Origin: Phoronis australis
Taxonomy: Eukaryota > Animalia > Phoronida
Direction: 5' to 3'
Assembly: GCA_002633005.1 (NCBI GenBank)
Contig: NMRA01000451.1
Coordinates: 104,892-168,891 of the forward strand
DNA: 64,000 nt
How positions within the stretch are numbered: the stretch's first letter is position 1; each line of letters starts with the position of its first letter. The position numbers and the translations under genes were made by a program. Positions 12,150-25,298 of this stretch are shown here, piece by piece. The notes under the pieces are model-generated. The model did not search any database. It was not told the origin of the DNA and saw only the letters and a list, made by a program, of their open reading frames with translations.

Positions 12150-13280
12150 TATTCTTGTTGTTACTTGTATGTTGCTCTGACGTCAGGTTTTACTTGATTT
12201 TTTTTTGTTCGCACTCTACAGGTCGCATTTTTCGTCCGAGTCGTGCGAAAAATACACACAACATGTGGACTCGGAAGTCCTGGAAATAAGTTGTTTTTCG
12301 TCATGATCGAATTCAAAATGGCGGTCACGACGGCTATTTTGTGTTCAAATTAAGATTCAAAGAATCGTGAAGACCGCATTTTTTCACATATTACACGGCT
12401 GAAAATCGACACGGTTTTTGTACTGGACGGTTACTAGAGATGTGTTTGAAATCACTTACTTTCGGTCAAAGCTGAAGGACGTATTGGCCATTTCGCAATT
12501 TTGGGAAGCTTTAAAATTTCTTTTAGATAGAGTTTTGAACGGCGCTTTCAAAATATCTTTAATTTTTTGCTAAGATGTCTTCAATGGATTCAAGATGGCG
12601 GACGTGACTGCCATTTTGTTTTCGAATTCAGATTTATGTGCCTCAATTGTTGACGTAGACAATTGAAAATCGGCACAGTTATTGTTGCTGACGTTCACTA
12701 CAAATGTATAAGAAATCGTTTACTTGAAGTTAAAAACAGGGGAAATACTTTCCATTGCGTATGCGAACCTCAATTTTGGGAAACATGTGTTCCTTTCAGA
12801 GGGCAGATTGTAAAACCAATTGGTTTGAATTTTTTTAGTTGTTATTGTTTTAACTAGCTATTATAAATTGCTGCTTAACCGGAAGTTTCTTTAAAGGTGA
12901 CGGATCCGGCGCATTTTCATCCATTTTCAATCGTGCTGGGATGCCATTTTAAACAGGAAGAGAAAACGAAGAGAATTTTAGCATGTAGATTCTCTGAGGT
13001 ATACTCCTTCAAATCGTACGTAACAATTTTTCTTGACATTTACCGTTTTTGAGTTATTGCTCTTTCAATTTCAAAAAATGCAAAATTTGGAAACTTTCGA
13101 AAACTCTACGGATTTTTGCTCTGTTAGATAAAGTTTTTAACGGCTTTCAAACGATATTTTTTATTTTTGCTGAATTATTCGAAATTATCTGATGTCGCTG
13201 ATTCTGATAATGTGGCCTGAGTAATTTCTTGGCCGAACAGTGCATTATTATTGAACAAGACTATGGCCTACTTGTTGCTC
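12150..13280 (+). mobile_element. Non-autonomous interspersed repeat (HINE-like), same family as 26270-27580
   Basis: Shares blocks (tatgttgctctgacgtc, gttcgcactctacaggtcgcatt, caagatggcggacgtg, ttttaaacaggaagagaaaa...ctctgaggtatactc) with the reverse complement of 26570-27560. Boundaries are approximate. Confidence 0.65.
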
Positions 13281-14431
13281 ATTTCTGATATCTTCATCCA
13301 TAGTCATCACTGTCGCCATCATATCCATCGTCGCCTTTCGGTTAATTTTGCCAAGTGTCGCTTCTCCGACCGCTTTCATTTAATTTTTTTTTGAAATATG
13401 ATAAAGTTTAATGCACAGTAACTGTCGTTTTCACACTTTTTATCAATTTCAAGTAATAAACCCTTACATTTAATACTGTAAGTTAGCAACATAACACGCA
13501 GGTACATGCACAACGGATTGTGATTTGCCACGTAAACAACTTGGGTGAAATATTTTAAAGCATGCCGAAAGAAAACAGAAGAAACTCACGAATTCGATGC
13601 GTATGGGATAAACACAAAACGTACCTCTAGTGGCGTGCATGAAATAATATCCCACTCGACGGTCTCGGTCGATGCGCGAAATAATGTCTCGTGGTTTATT
13701 ATTTCATGTATGCCACTCTCGCTACGTTTTGAGTATGTACGTGTACGCTTATGCTACACTGACATTTATCCTATGCGGTTGATAGAGGTGTGATATAGAA
13801 GAACTACTTTTCTGTATTTAATGAGTATTCAATACAGATTTTCCGTATTACGGATGCCTTCTTTCTCTCCAAAATTTCCTATTTTGCAAACAATACACTA
13901 CCTACAATCACACGCAACATGTTCATTTGTAAGGTATTGCTTCGGTTTCAGCTCCGTGCGCAATATTTTCACATGACACCACTATGATATGTGGTTTTAA
14001 AACTAAGCAATTTCGTGAAATCAAATATTGTTGACATTTTTTCTTAATAAACCATGTGGTTTCACGGTGTGGGGACTTGTTCTACGTGTTTGAGGAGTAT
14101 GGCGTCGTCGTGAGCAATTTCATGTAGGAATACACCAGTCGAACAAAACTGTATTTGAAATGTAGAAATCGATCATACATGTATATGTAATCAGATACAC
14201 TTCTTCCCAATAGCTTAAGAGTCGTGGCAAGCGCTGAAAGCTTCTCACATTAGCGTGACTTTGAATGGCGCCCAGTGCTACTCGGTAGCCGTGGTGCTGT
14301 GAACAAATCTGTAACATCGGTGAAAGTTTGTTACAAAATGATTCATTACGCCGTTGATTAAATACATTTTGTAGTGTAGGTAACACTTTATGAAGATGTG
14401 CATAAGCTACAAAAGTTTAAACAAAAAGTGA

Positions 14432-15900
14432 GTAAGTCGGCTTTTGCGGAAGGCAAAGACAAGTGGAGACATGATAAGATTCTCAAGGTGATTGCTCATA
14501 GTTTGGACCTAGAAAGAAGTAAGGCGGTTAACAACACCGACAGCCCCTTAATATCATTTTGCAGAGAAGGTGCAACCGGGAAGAGGAAAGATGCAGGTGG
14601 ATTGACTACAGCGATTGGAAGATGGTTGTGGATATAGGGCCATTGGCAGTGTTCCCAAGCTATATAATGATGACGACACTCCGGCCTGACTTGGTATTAT
14701 GATCAGATGGTACAAAGACGGTAATCATAGCAGAACTTGCAGTACCATGGGAATCCCGAGTGGTAGAGTCCAACGAGAGGAAATGGCAAAACTTTCCCAT
14801 GATTTTAAAATAGCTGGTTGGAAGTGTTTTTGTATGTCACTTGAAGTAGGTTGTAGAGGTTTTATCGGGAGCAGCATGTGGAGGTTGATGGAGTTCCTAG
14901 GTATCAGCACAGTGTCGACAAAGGATTTGTGTCAGAATATGGCCTGACATTATTTTTAGTTGTAGTGTTTGTTGTTAGGTTTGATTGGCACGACCCCTGA
15001 GTTAAGTACAGTGATGATGTAATTTGTTTACTTCAAAATACTGTGGAACTTTCTAGAAGACTGAGGTCAGAACAGTGATGATGTAATTTGTTTACTACAG
15101 TATTGTGCAGAACTTTCTAGAAGACTCTAGCATGACAGTGATTAATGCAGTCTACAATATTCTAGAGACTGATACATGTTTGTGGAATGGTCGGGTAGAT
15201 TCAGGAAAGTTCTAGAATGTGCTTGAATTGATGAAAAGTTCCAGAACAATGCATTTGGCTATAAATACACAAGCACGGGTTTGTGTTAGTCAGATCAAGT
15301 CATTTCACGAGAAGATCAAGTCAGTTCATCAGATCGATCACGAAAGTTAATCAGGAGAACTACAGTTGAGTTGCAGTGAAGAGAATCAGCAGTTACAGCG
15401 ATAGTCAATAGAGAGCCAGCTATAGAGACAGCAGTTTATTGAATCGACGAGTGTAAGTGTTGATGAACGTGTCTCAGAAGTTCATCACAAGTCAAGGCTT
15501 CGCACCACTGGCTGGAGCACAGAACAGACATTTCGTAAGACGTTTGGTTTGAATAGGCTTGTGAAAATACGATCGGGATTAATAAAGGATTAACTCGAAC
15601 CAGTCTGCAGTCAATCGTCGCACCGAAAGCTATTAGCACAGGTCTCTAACAAATTGCGCCCACCCACACACGAGGAAAACGTGACAATTTGGTGCACACA
15701 GTGACGGGATCTGCTGAAGAGGCGTTTTCGTGGCTATGGTTACAGCGAGACAACAGGTGGCACTCCAAGTGATAGCCGAAGTCTGATCAACTTCGGGGAC
15801 CCGGCATCAGAGATGATTCTAGATTACGGGTCGAAATTATCGATGAGGATGCATTCTAGCTGATGACAGCACTTGGAGAAGCAGCACACAAAAAACAGTG
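14432..15900 (+). mobile_element. 5'-truncated copy of a HERO-like RLE non-LTR retrotransposon, interrupted by a solo LTR
   Basis: 14432-14929 plus 15687-15900 align by eye to 18917-19630 (WRHDKILKV, PDLV, ELAVPWE, EVGCRGF, 3' UTR ending gcagcacaca..aacagtg). Confidence 0.85.
14930..15686 (+). mobile_element. Solo LTR (757 bp), probably Gypsy- or BEL-type
   Basis: TGTCA...TGACA termini, 5-bp TSD ATTTG (14925-14929, 15687-15691), internal TATAAA (~15260) and AATAAA (15581). The flanks rejoin into the host retroelement sequence. Confidence 0.88.
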
Positions 15901-18900
15901 ATAGAGGTAATTCAACGTCTGGACAAGCTCCGTGACATCAAGGGAAAGGCTGGAAGACAACCCGAAAAGGCATGTGACGACCTGGAGAGACGGCGGTGAC
16001 CTGGAGAGACGTGTGGCATTCTGGAGAGACAGTGAATTGGTTGGGTTAGCAACCCATCCAGTTGACATTTATATTGTTACGTACAAGTAACCAAAGAAGA
16101 GAATAGCCCCGGAGTTTCTCCGAGAGGGGGATGAAGAACTCAAGTATCAGAATACTTCGGAATCAACTCGGCATGTTACAGTAATTACGACATTGATTAA
16201 CGAGACTAGCACGAAGACGACACGGCAAAGTACAAGGACTACGACATTGATAAACGATGACCGAGTGTGCAGGGGATTTATGAGGACGTTTAAGAATTTC
16301 AAGGGGGTAAGAATCCATCAGGGAAAGACAAAGTGTCTCCAGCGGCAACGCTTAGGTGGTACTACTAGTACATGCCGGGCATGGGCGGCGTTGAAGTATT
16401 TACATCTGGTAGGGAGGAGCAGGTCTCAGGATTCGTGCTACTTTCCATGTCATAGTTGCTTACAGAAACAGGTGAGGACTGGGATCCAGGCAGCATTCCG
16501 AGGCAAAGGATTGAAGCACTATTTGAGGTGGTAACGAAGGAGCGGATTACTTGGCCAAGAGGCAATGACTCGAAGTCCTGGAGTTTTCTGGGTGAAGATC
16601 TTGGTGGCGTTCTACAGGCAACTTTAAAGGAGACTGCACACAAGAAACTGATCACCATGACTGAGCTTGTCTACACAGTTTGCATAGATCGATTTGGCGT
16701 GGCGGCAAAGAGGAAGAAACCAACCGCGCAAGGGCCTAGAGAGAGAACAAGGAGATCCGGGTAGAGTTGAGAGACCTTAAGAGGCGATGGCAGAAAACCG
16801 AGGGTCATGAAAGGAGAGGCTTGTTCCATTTAAGAATGGAGTTGAGGTGTAAACTTTTATCTTTGTGCATGGTAGAGCAGCTTAGAAAGAGGAAGTCCGA
16901 GAAGATCCGGAAGAGAAATAAATTTCTGTCCAATCCATACAAGTTCATGAAGGAGCTTTTTGGGAGAAAGACAAGTGGGCAGCTCAGATGCTCTAAGGAG
17001 GAGCTGGAGAGACATGTGGAGGAGGTTCACAATGACACTCGGTGCGAGGAACCTTGGGAGATTGTGACTGGATGGATGAAGAGGAATTTCCAAGTGTACC
17101 TTTAGAGGTTGGCGATTTTAAGTTCTGTGATGTCAGGAAGGTGGTCATGAACGCCAAGTCGGGATCAGCTTCAGGCCCATCCAGACTACCGTACTTAGTT
17201 TATAAGAAGTGTCCAAGGTTATTACACTGCATCGCCTTTGGAAGCTCTTGAGATTGGTTTGGCGCTCTAAGGAGTTGCCTTGGAGGCGGGTAAAGGCGGA
17301 AGGGGTGTACATTCCGAAAGGCAAAGGCTCTGTGAAGATTGGTCACTTCCGTCCTATCTGGTTTATTGGATGTGGAGAGGAAAGTGTTTTTCGCTGAGCT
17401 GGCAGACAGACTAACGACATTTTTGTTGGAGAACAGTTACATCAACCCCTCGGTGCTGAAGGGAGGCGTTCCCGGCTACTCTGGTTGTTTAGAACACAAC
17501 TGCGTGGTCACGGAGATAATCAAAGATGCAAAGAAATTAAAGAAATACCTGTCTGTGGTATGGCTTGACATGGCCAATACCTATGGGTCGATGCCACACA
17601 AGATTATAGAGAAGGCGACATGTATGTATCATTTGCCGGAAGATCTGCGTTCTCTCATCAGCAAATATTTCACAGGAACATGAATGATATTCTCGGTTAA
17701 TGGTTTTACAACAGAGGGGCAAACTTTGCAGAAGGGGTCATGACAGGGTGCACAATTTCTATAATTCTGTTTGTGATGGCCATGAATGTAATGATAAAGC
17801 GAGTATCCAAAGAGTGGACCTTTATTGCAGAACAAGCGTCCACCAAGTTGTCGTGCATATGTGGATTATCTCACTGTTACAACTCAGTCGTCATTTGCGG
17901 CAGGCAAGATTCTAAAAGCCTTGGGTGATCTAGCCAGGGAGGCTCGCATGGCGTTCAAAGTAGCAAAATCAAGGAGTTTAGAGCTGTTTCGAGGGAAGAT
18001 TAACACACATTTTACTTTGAATGTGGTTGAAAATGTGATACCTTCGGTGTCTTAAAAAATCAGTGAAGTATCTGGGGAAAGAGTATGACGGCACATTGAA
18101 CGATGGAGACCATGTAAAAGCGGCGCTGAAAAGTTTACATGAAAATTTTCAGAAGATCGATCAGTGTGAATTACCTGGTCGACTTAAGGTGTGGTGTTAC
18201 CAGATTGGCCTGTTCCCAAAAGCCATGTGGCCTTTGACAGTGTACGAACTACCTATTACACCAGCGGAGAGGATGGAGCGCTTGGTCAGCCGCTGGTTGC
18301 GCAAGTGGTTAGGCATCCCCCCAAGTTTCACCAGGTTGGGCCTGTACATGAGGTCTTCAGCAGTAAACCTAACTACACGATCTAATGTGGAAGAGTTTAA
18401 AGTCGTTAAGTGTAGGCTTTTCCTGACTCTGTGGGACTCGCAGATAAAAATAGCAGTGGTGTTAAGATTGACGTTTTTGCAGGAAGAAAGTGGAGTTCAG
18501 AGGAGGAAGTAGAGAGCAGAGAGCAGGCTTCACCAAAAAGATTTGGTAGGGGCAGTTTCTAGAGGACGTGAAGGCCTTGGCATGAAAACGTTTAAGAGGT
18601 GGAAGACAACTAGAGGTAACGATCGTTGTTCTATGGTGTTAGACGACGTACGTCACCGGGAAGAGGAGAAGCGCTTTTCTCATGCTGTGGGTTTGAGAAA
18701 GCAGGGCGCCTGGACAGCATGGGAAGGAGTTCACAGTAAGCCCATTACAGCAAACGACCTGACTTCGTGTGACCAGTGTAGACTAAGGTTTTTTCTGCGT
18801 TCTGTGCATGACGTACTCCCTATTCCGACAAACCTGGAGTTATGGGGAAGGATTGAAGACGATTCTTGCGGCAGTTGTAGGGGAGCGCTGCCCTTTACAA

Positions 18901-19630
18901 CACGTTTTGTCATTCTGTAAGTCGGCTTTGGTGGAAGGCAAATACATGTGGAGACATGATAAGATTCTCAAGGTGACTGCTCATATTTTGGACCTAGAAA
19001 GAAGAAAGGCGTTTAGCAACACCGACAGCCCGCTAATATCATTTTGCAAAGAAGGTGCAGCTGGGAAGAGGAAAGATGCAGATGTGCATGTCTTGACTAC
19101 AGCGAGTGATTGGAAGATGGTTGTGAATGTAGGGTCATTGGTAATATTCCCGAGCCATTTAGTGATGACGACTTGGTATTATGGTCAGATGATACAAATA
19201 CGGTCATCATAGTAGAACTTACAGAACCATGGGAATCCCGAATAGTAGAGTCCAACGAGAGGAAAAGGTTTAAGTATGCAGAACTGTTCCATGATTGATC
19301 AGTAGCTGGTTGGAAGTGTTTTTGTATGCCAGTTGAGGTAGGATGTAGAGGTTTCATCGGGAGCAGCATGTGGAGGTTTATGAATTTCCTGGGTATCAGT
19401 ACAGTGTCGAGAAAGAATTTGATTTAGACAGTGATGAGATCTGCTGAAGAGGCGTTGCCGTGGCTATAATTACAGCGAGACAACAGGTGGCACTCTAAAT
19501 GATGTCCGAAGCCTCATCAACATGGAGGACCCGGCATCCGAGATGATTCTAGATTAGGGGTCAAAATTATCGATGAGGTTGCATTCTAGCTGATGACAAC
19601 ACTTGGAGACGCAGCACACAACAACAGTGT
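15901..19630 (+). mobile_element. Near full-length but frameshifted RLE-clade non-LTR retrotransposon (HERO-like)
   Basis: N-terminal Zn finger (FKNFKGVRIHQGKTKC) and RITWP...DRFG. RT motifs FRPI, KGGVPGYSGCLEH, WLDMANTYGSMPH, MTGCTISIILF, AYVDYLTV, FKVAKSRSL, KYLGK, LPGRLKVWCYQ. C-terminal Cys knuckle, RHD and restriction-like endonuclease motif ELTEPWE..KRFKY. Confidence 0.9.
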
Positions 19631-21893
19631 TTCACGTAATTTTTAGCTTTATTAGAAAAGATATGGAAAGTATATATTAGTCAGTCGGACAAACAACTGT
19701 ACGGACTCTCCTCAGCCAACTGTACGGACTCGTCATGAGTAGACTTCTGAAAACTGTACGAACACGTCTGTCACCTTGTTAAGAATTACTAAAATTTTAA
19801 CCGGAATAGATCGTTTAACTTTATAATTACCAATAGTTCTCGAGCAGTAAAGTCGGATAGGTGAACTTAAAAAAATGGATGTATTAGCAAATGGTGTTAT
19901 GAAGTGAGAATACAAATACTAGGCTCGCTTGCCGCTCGCCAGCTCGCCATTGGCGAAGTCTGAGCAGCACTGGAGATGTTAGGGGTAAGTTCATTGGCAA
20001 TTTTGGCGAATGCTTTTGCGACTTCACCATAAAAATTATTTCGGGGAAACCTACTTGCGTGTCGACTCCCATTTAGCTCGAATGAAGTTCCGCCGCAAAC
20101 AACGTTCTTACTTCAATTCCCTTTGAAATTACTCTTTTATCGCAACGAAATGTTCAACAGTGTAAGGGCATCATCGCTCCTGGTAATAGCGATATCTCAC
20201 TTCATATCGAGATCTCGCGTACATGTAGGTGCTGCCGCTTGTCGTCTACAAGTGACAATGTCAAAACGACGAATAGAAGACTATTTCGGGAGCAAAGACG
20301 ACCCAGTCTCAGAATTGAGTACATTTGCAGTCTACTCGAAATGGGACATTAATTACGCTTTTTTGAGTACGACTCCAGTGAGCATGATTTTGAGTATGAA
20401 ATATCGGGTATGAGTATGAGTCTCAGTACGGAGATTGGAGACCGGGATCCATTCTCTTAGTAAATTGTTGCACTTGTAGCGTGCTTTAAGCCGGTCCGAC
20501 GGGTAATTTGTCAATTTTATTTTAAATTTCTTAATATTTTATACCTAAAATTGATAAGAACCAAGCGAAATGACCATTTTTAAGAAGCATCTGAGCGTGC
20601 ATCAGACACATTGTCTGGGTGTCCTCCACAGATATTACTCAACGAAGTCATGAAGAACGTCACAAACGGGAGCAAAGTGTAACTTAGAAGTACATTTCAG
20701 CTCCAACTGTGACTGAAAATACTGAAAAGAGCAGATATGAACCAAAAACCTGTAGCTGGTGTAAAATGCAAATTATTCATAAATATATTGCGTGCACATA
20801 TAAGTGTCATGCGATCTGCCATCAGCATTGATAAAATATGACAAACTACACAAAACAAGCAGAGCAATCTGTGTAAACCTGCTTCTTTAAAAACTCCTCA
20901 AAAATCAGCGGGGCGCATAGGACAAATATTCGCCGGAATTCAAGTACTTTTCCATATCACGAATCTTGATATCATTACGGCGTTTTCCCGTTGCTCCCAA
21001 CTTTTTCGATTCCATACTTCAGCAACAAGTTGAGAAAATGACCCCTGTAGACGACTGATTAACTCGATTCTGGCATTTGTGGTTGACGGGCCAGCTCTCT
21101 TTTTGTCGAACATTGCTCTAATCTCCAATAGCATATTTGAACATAAACCAATAGCATTTCTGAAATCATCGTGAAATGGTGATAGCTTTTGAATCGCCGA
21201 AGTCGTCCAACTACAGCTGAAGTTACAACAATCTATTCTTTCCGAACGTACCAATTCGCTCTGGGTTTGACTGTGTTCACTCGTGGTCTGTAATAAGCCT
21301 GGTAGTTAACTGGCCTGCCTGTTGTCATACCAGACAAAAGATTGTGCTTGGTAGTTAGTTAAGAAGCTAGATGTTATCACACTCTCACCACCCCTCTACC
21401 TCTGGTAAAGTCACTGAACGGGAAAACGCGGTCATGTAGAAACCAATGGTACAATAACGTACGTTGTATAACAAATATGTATACAACATGTATGTTTTCT
21501 TATTAAAAAGATTGCTATTGTGGAGAAATTTGCCGTCGAATCAGTTTAGAAGCATTTCTTTATACCATAGAAGTAGAGGAACTGGAATACCAATCCGGGA
21601 TTCTGAGGCAGCTCTCCTAGATAACCACGACAACCCGACATCTGACCACTTGCCCCTGAAGGCCCACGATGTCCAAGTATGGAAGGCCAAGCTACTCGTA
21701 TGTACATGTACGGCTACCACCAGGGATCGGTGTCAGAGTAGAATAACCAGCTTGCCGAGTAATTCTGGCAAGATATCGCCAGGTTTGCTTACACAGTAAA
21801 CAACCTCCAACCCTGTTCTATACCTTGCTTCTATTATTTCAAAACAGACTTGACATGTTTTGCTCAATACGGTTTTCGATCACCTGCGCAATG

Positions 21894-22042
21894 CTAGGAA
21901 GAAGATGCTGCCGAACCACATTTATTGGCGCAACGGGCGACCACGCACAAGACAATAAGCACACCAACTCCGGCAATCACATAAATGGCGTAAGTCTTCA
22001 CGAAAGTGCTTTTTAAAGGATCACCAGTAGTGTCCGTCGAAT
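21894..22042 (-). CDS. Terminal exon of the microexon gene: juxtamembrane segment, transmembrane helix and short tail
   Basis: Acceptor tctcttccag|AT in phase 1. Reads (D)STDTTGDPLKSTFVKTYAIYVIAGVGVLIVLCVVARCANKCGSAASSS*, with an about 20-aa hydrophobic run followed by basic/Cys residues. Confidence 0.75.
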
Positions 22043-22344
22043 CTGGAAGAGACATTTGTATTGAAAAAGCACTCCCAAAACACGTGATATTAAGCATCAG
22101 CCTGAGATTGGTACATGTACACTGTATGAGGGATTATTTAGGTAAGTTTCTATAACCGTGACAGTTTGCATTTTCGATTTTGGGGTCAAACTAAGAATAT
22201 CAAATTTTCACTGAACAAGGTTGAGGTGAACATTGTTTCATTCCAGGTCCCCTGTCTTTTCGAGTTATCTCAATCTGTTTCATTTCGTCACGAGGCCATA
22301 TCACGTGCCTTAAATGTCAGTCAAAGTGCACGAAAGTTGCTTAC

Positions 22345-22365
22345 CTCCGGCTTGCTGTCCTGAAC
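22345..22365 (-). CDS. 21-nt phase-1 microexon, (G)SGQQAG
   Basis: tttgtag|GTTCAGGACAGCAAGCCGGAG|gtaagc. Confidence 0.75.
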
Positions 22366-23332
22366 CTACAAAACAACGGAGTGTGAATTCAGGGTAACCT
22401 TATTGACATTCGTGTACATCATTTTTTCTCACGGAGGCAGTGATTTAGTTTAATTCGCAGAAGATGGCTCCGTTAATTTTTCCAGAGCAACATTTGGGCC
22501 CAGGTGCATGTATACGCCGTATAACAACAATGACGTCGCATTATCACACGTCACGTTATTGTTGTACAATGCACCTGACATCATGCAACAATCAAATTAT
22601 CCAGCGGATAACTTTGAAGTTTTATGCAACCCATCCCTGCAGAACACACCTAACCTCAAGTCATCAAATAGTTTAAATGTTAAATGTCAACAATCGTGCC
22701 ACTTTTTCAAGATCAAGCAAAAAAGGAACAGACAAAACGAACCAGAAGCAAAAACGCAGGCAAACCAATGTACATGTACCCTCAAATGGTTGTATGTTGA
22801 TTTGCAGTGAATTTAGTTTCTAACAATAGATGTTTCACACTCGATGACTCAGTTCATTTGTCGATTGAATTTTCCATGCTTCAAAAAAGCAGGCACGCAG
22901 AACCATGGACGTTTGAATGTGGAATTTTGGACAGGTATAAGGAACACTCCCTAAACCCATGTTAAATCAAACCAGTATTCCTTATTGCCGCGAAAATGAG
23001 TCAAAAATAAAAGTAGGCTTTAACTACGAGTAAGAGAATTAGAGCAGGTCTAGGTGGGCAATTGTCAACATCCCAAACGTGTCTGTTCATTCCCAGCCGA
23101 TTCCAAATCTAATATATGAAGTACACTCTGATTTGCAATATCTCCAACTCGCAAAGCGCATTCTGCCAAATTAGCAAACTCAGACAATGATTGTGCTGCA
23201 TTCCAAGTCATAAGTGCCTTCGAGCTGTTTCAAGCCTTTCTTCATATCATGAAGAGTCAGAGTTGCATTGCTCGAATGCATCTCCAACTGCTCTTGATTG
23301 TTTTTCCAATTAAAATAGTTTCACTCATTTAC

Positions 23333-23353
23333 CTCCGGCTACCGGCCCTGAAC
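23333..23353 (-). CDS. 21-nt phase-1 microexon, (G)SGPVAG
   Basis: ttttgaag|GTTCAGGGCCGGTAGCCGGAG|gtaaat (weaker AAG acceptor). Confidence 0.6.
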
Positions 23354-24080
23354 CTTCAAAAGTAGGCTGTGTGAATTTAAGAGCGACATAAGTGACACAT
23401 AAAAACGCTTGAAAGTCGGTTTAAGACCATTTCCATATAAGGTAGGGTGCAATTTTTTAGTAAGTACGAAAAACTTCCAGAGTTTCCGAATCAACAGAGT
23501 AAAGCAAATGTCCAAGAGACAACATAACCGCGGCAACAAAATGAGCAAGTCATTTAAATACCTTCTCGGTTGACTTCATCAGAGGAAAGTGGCAATAAAA
23601 AACTTGAGACCAGATTATGTGACACAAGAGGAATAAATGATATCTGAGAAGAAACATAATATAATTAAGTCATCACTTTCGGAAACGCAATTGGAGGTGC
23701 TGCCAAATTAGTAGTGCGAGGTAAAGATTGTTTCATTCCAAGTCCAACGTGTTTTCTATTTTCACCAAGAACAAGACAGACTCGAACATTCTGAGAAAAA
23801 GCTCCGTGTGGCAAGCCTACAGGTTTATACCATTGGCGACAGCGGTACAACTTGTATTTATTCTGTTGTATACTTGGATGTTGCAGTGCCGGTCGCACAG
23901 TATCTCCCACCTGCAAAGCGCATTCTGCTAAATTGTCAAACTCAGACAATGATAGCTACATTCCAAGTAAGGAGCCCCTTTCAGTTGTTTCAAGCCACTC
24001 TTTGTCATGACGAGGAAGAGTTGCATTTCTCGAATATATTTGCAACTGCATGTTCAGATCCAAAATGTCAGTGTACTTAC

Positions 24081-24101
24081 CTCCGACTCCCGGCCCTGAA
24101 C
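24081..24101 (-). CDS. 21-nt phase-1 microexon, (G)SGPGVG
   Basis: ttttgtag|GTTCAGGGCCGGGAGTCGGAG|gtaagt. Confidence 0.75.
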
Positions 24102-24400
24102 CTACAAAAGTAGAGTAAACGAATTAACAATACCTACACGGTTGACGTCGTCAGAGGAAAGTGACAATAAAAAACCCGCGACCACCTCATGTGATACATG
24201 CAGAATTCAGGACATCTGAGAACAAACATTATGTAATTAAGTCGCCACTTTCGGAAACGCAATAGGAGGCGCTACCAAATTGGTAGTCTAAGGTAAAGAT
24301 CGTTTCATTCCCAGTATCTTCGAGTTGTCTTACTGTATTCCATTTCGCCACGAGTCCATGTTGTGTGTCTTAGATTTCAGTCCAAGTCCACGATGCTTAC

Positions 24401-24421
24401 CTCCGGATCCCGGTCTTGAAC
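24401..24421 (-). pseudogene. Paralogous microexon with mutated acceptor (probable pseudo-exon)
   Basis: tttataa|GTTCAAGACCGGGATCCGGAG|gtaagc. The donor is intact but the AG is changed to AA; nearby AGs give 20- or 14-nt frameshifting exons. Confidence 0.6.
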
Positions 24422-25277
24422 TTATAAAGAAAGGGAGTATGAGTTCAGGGTGCCCTTATTGTCATAGACCAATTGTCTGAAGGAGGCGGAGATTTAAGGT
24501 TAGTTCCTCAGAAATTAGTTCCCTCAGTTTTGGACAAAGCAACATCTGCTGTGGGCAAAACGTGGGAAACCAATACGCCCTGAGATGTTTTTAAATTGAT
24601 CGGTAGTGAATTTAGACATTGATACTTGGTGTTTGACACTCGATGACTCAGCTCATTTGCCAATTGAACTCTGCAAGCTGCAAAACTTCAGTACTACAAA
24701 AGAAGGTATTTTTGCCTATATCCGAAACGTTCAATCGGTACACTAGCCGATGTGACAATATTTGGAGGTTTCTAATTAGTGGAATCTTGGATAGGTAAAC
24801 GGAGCACTCCCTAAAGCCATGTCACATCAAACTGGTACTCATTATGGCATCGAAAACGAGTAATAGCGTAGGATTGGACTAAATGTTACATAACCGAAGC
24901 AGTTCTCCGTGGACTATGGTCAGTATCCGAAACGTATCTGTTCGTTTTCACATGACTTCAAATCGTTTCAACAAGTACAAGACAATTTTGAGAATGAGCT
25001 TCGTGTGGCAGGCCTATACCAGGCTTATACCGTGACCTCTTGTATTTTGTACACTCCGATTTGCTGTGCTGGTCGTGCAGTATCTCTTACGTGCAAAGCA
25101 CATTAAAACAAACTGGGACAATGAATGATATATTCCAGTTCAGAAGTCCTTTTGAGCTGTTTGAAGCCACTCGTTTCATATTATGACGAGTCAGTGTCGA
25201 CATTCTCGATTGTCTCTCCAACTTCACGTTGTTTTGCTCTTGATTTTTGTTCAGTTAACAATGTATCAGTTGCTTAC

Positions 25278-25298
25278 CTCCGGCTCTCGGCCCTGAAC
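25278..25298 (-). CDS. 21-nt phase-1 microexon, (G)SGPRAG
   Basis: cttttgcag|GTTCAGGGCCGAGAGCCGGAG|gtaagc. Confidence 0.75.

Noticed and set aside
22043-22097. ORF-track start MLNITCFG... for the TM ORF
   Set aside because: Better explained as intron read-through upstream of the ttccag acceptor at 22043.
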